Origin: Blastocystis sp. ATCC 50177/Nand II
Lineage: Eukaryota
Direction: 5' to 3'
Assembly (NCBI GenBank): GCA_039096935.1
Contig: JBBPEE010000035.1
Span: 62,001-126,000 of the forward strand
Length of the DNA: 64,000 bases
A model generated the notes under the pieces. The model was not told the DNA's origin, ran no database searches, and was given only the letters and a program-made list of their open reading frames with translations. This document shows, one piece after another, positions 62,598 to 64,000 of the stretch. Position numbers and translations under genes: made by a program. How positions within the stretch are numbered: the first letter of the stretch is position 1; the number at the start of each line of letters is the position of its first letter.

Positions 62598-64000
62598 ATG
62601 TGGAAGCAACGCCAACGGTTGCTCTCCTTATTCTACACATCGCTACGATCCTCAGGAAGGAGGAGTCGTTTCTTTTCAAGCGCCGCCGCTCCCGTTTCCG
62701 GATCACCGTCTTTTAGAACGCAGCGACCTATTACGGTTGCTTCTCGGAGGTTTGCTATGCCTACAATGCAGTCAGCCGTAGGTTTGGAACAGAGGCGGCG
62801 AAACCAGCGGTTGCAGCCCTTTCTCCGGTCGCCGGAGAGATGGTTGACGAGGTCACGGATATTAAAAGGCCGGAGCTCTATGCCGTGCCGATAACGCCGC
62901 CCAATCTGAGCATTTCGGGGAAGGACATCGGTCTCAAGCCCATGTCCCTCGAGGACTTCAGGAAGAAGATTTCGAGTTTCCAAAACTCGGACCGCTGGAA
63001 GGAGTTCAACACCGACGAGGGAGTGATCGAGAACGAGCGCGCGGACATCCTTGCCGACCGCATCAACGAGTTGCTGAGCAACCGCAAGCAGAAGTTCATG
63101 TAGGGGCCTGCGATGGGCTTCAGTCTAGCTACAAGGAGTTGCAGCGGTTCATCATGCTGCCCTCCCCGGTGGACCGCCAGGCGCTCATCAAGATGCTGCG
63201 AACCATCGACAAGGGGCTCGATGAGGTCTCTCCCTCCATTCTGCCGTGGATCGAGGCCTACTTCAACGGGACGGAGTTCCCCGAGGCGGGCGAGGAGCTG
63301 CGCGAGGTGCAGCTGCAGCTGAACGCGCTGACGAAGGTGACGGAGAAATTCTTCCGCGATTGGGAGTTTGCCCGCCGGCGCGTGTGAAGGGTAGGAACGT
63401 GCAGTACGATGGGTTCCAGTGGCGCGTGAACGTGGTGCGCGACTGCATCGAGTCGTACGTGACGGACGAGGAGTCCTTCAAACTGTACGCCTATTTCAAC
63501 GCCTTCGCCGAGTCGCCGAAGAAGGCCGCCTCGCTCACTCAGTTCCTGACGCGCTGTGGAGTGGCTGCGACGATGTCTGCTGACGGCTAGACGATCCTGA
63601 AGTTCAACGAGCACAGCTCGGACCTGCTGGCGCTGATCGAGTGGGTGATCAAGGGGCTGAACGACTTCCCGCTCATTTCCATCTCCGCCATCCAGAGCAC
63701 CGAGGCACGCCGCCGCGACGCCGAGCGCCATACGTTGATTTGCGCCTACAACAAGTACCGTTACCACTCCAAGATGCTCGTGCGCGTAGCTGTGTCTTCT
63801 CACACCACCCGTAGAGCGACGAGGAGCAGGAGAAGGGCGCGCTGCTGCTCTCCTTTCGTCTCTCCACGCTGCTCAGCGACGCGCAGCACAAGCTGTTCGT
63901 GGCGCGGCTCGCCGACTACCAGGCCTCGCCCATGGGCCCCAACGACCTCCAGGCCTTCGTGCGCGCCGCCTGCCAGATCTGCGGGCAGTCGGCGTACCTG
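62598..64000 (+). CDS. Hypothetical protein with a mitochondrial-like presequence, truncated by the window end
   Basis: Starts MWKQRQRLLSLFYTSLRSSGRRSRFFSS; exons linked by about 30-nt introns. Confidence 0.7.

Overview
Compact eukaryotic nuclear DNA, inferred to be Blastocystis (a stramenopile). The inference rests on pervasive 29-33 nt GT-AG introns, very short intergenic spacers and a TGTTTGTT-type 3' element. Several genes have no usable genomic stop codon at their natural protein end: a T (or TG) sits exactly 4 nt before the motif, matching the published Blastocystis mechanism in which polyadenylation completes the stop. The region from about 2 to 23 kb is accessory and decayed. It holds three copies of a large Ig-like surface-protein family, PIF/Harbinger transposase remnants, a chimera of FGAM synthase (PFAS) fragments around a 3.7 kb repeat-domain ORF, a dead papain/mucin/LRR fusion, and several tandem arrays. 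The region from about 23 to 64 kb is a dense housekeeping block: DCR2-like phosphatase, DUF167, CCR4, cullin, GILT, ubiquitin, class II aldolase, fucokinase/GDP-fucose pyrophosphorylase, cyclin, TAF7, CNOT10, PP2A-B56, TM9SF, snapin-like, Cep192/Spd-2-like, poly(A) polymerase and Exo84. Gene boundaries were spliced by eye and are approximate, and all family calls come from recalled motifs, not searches.
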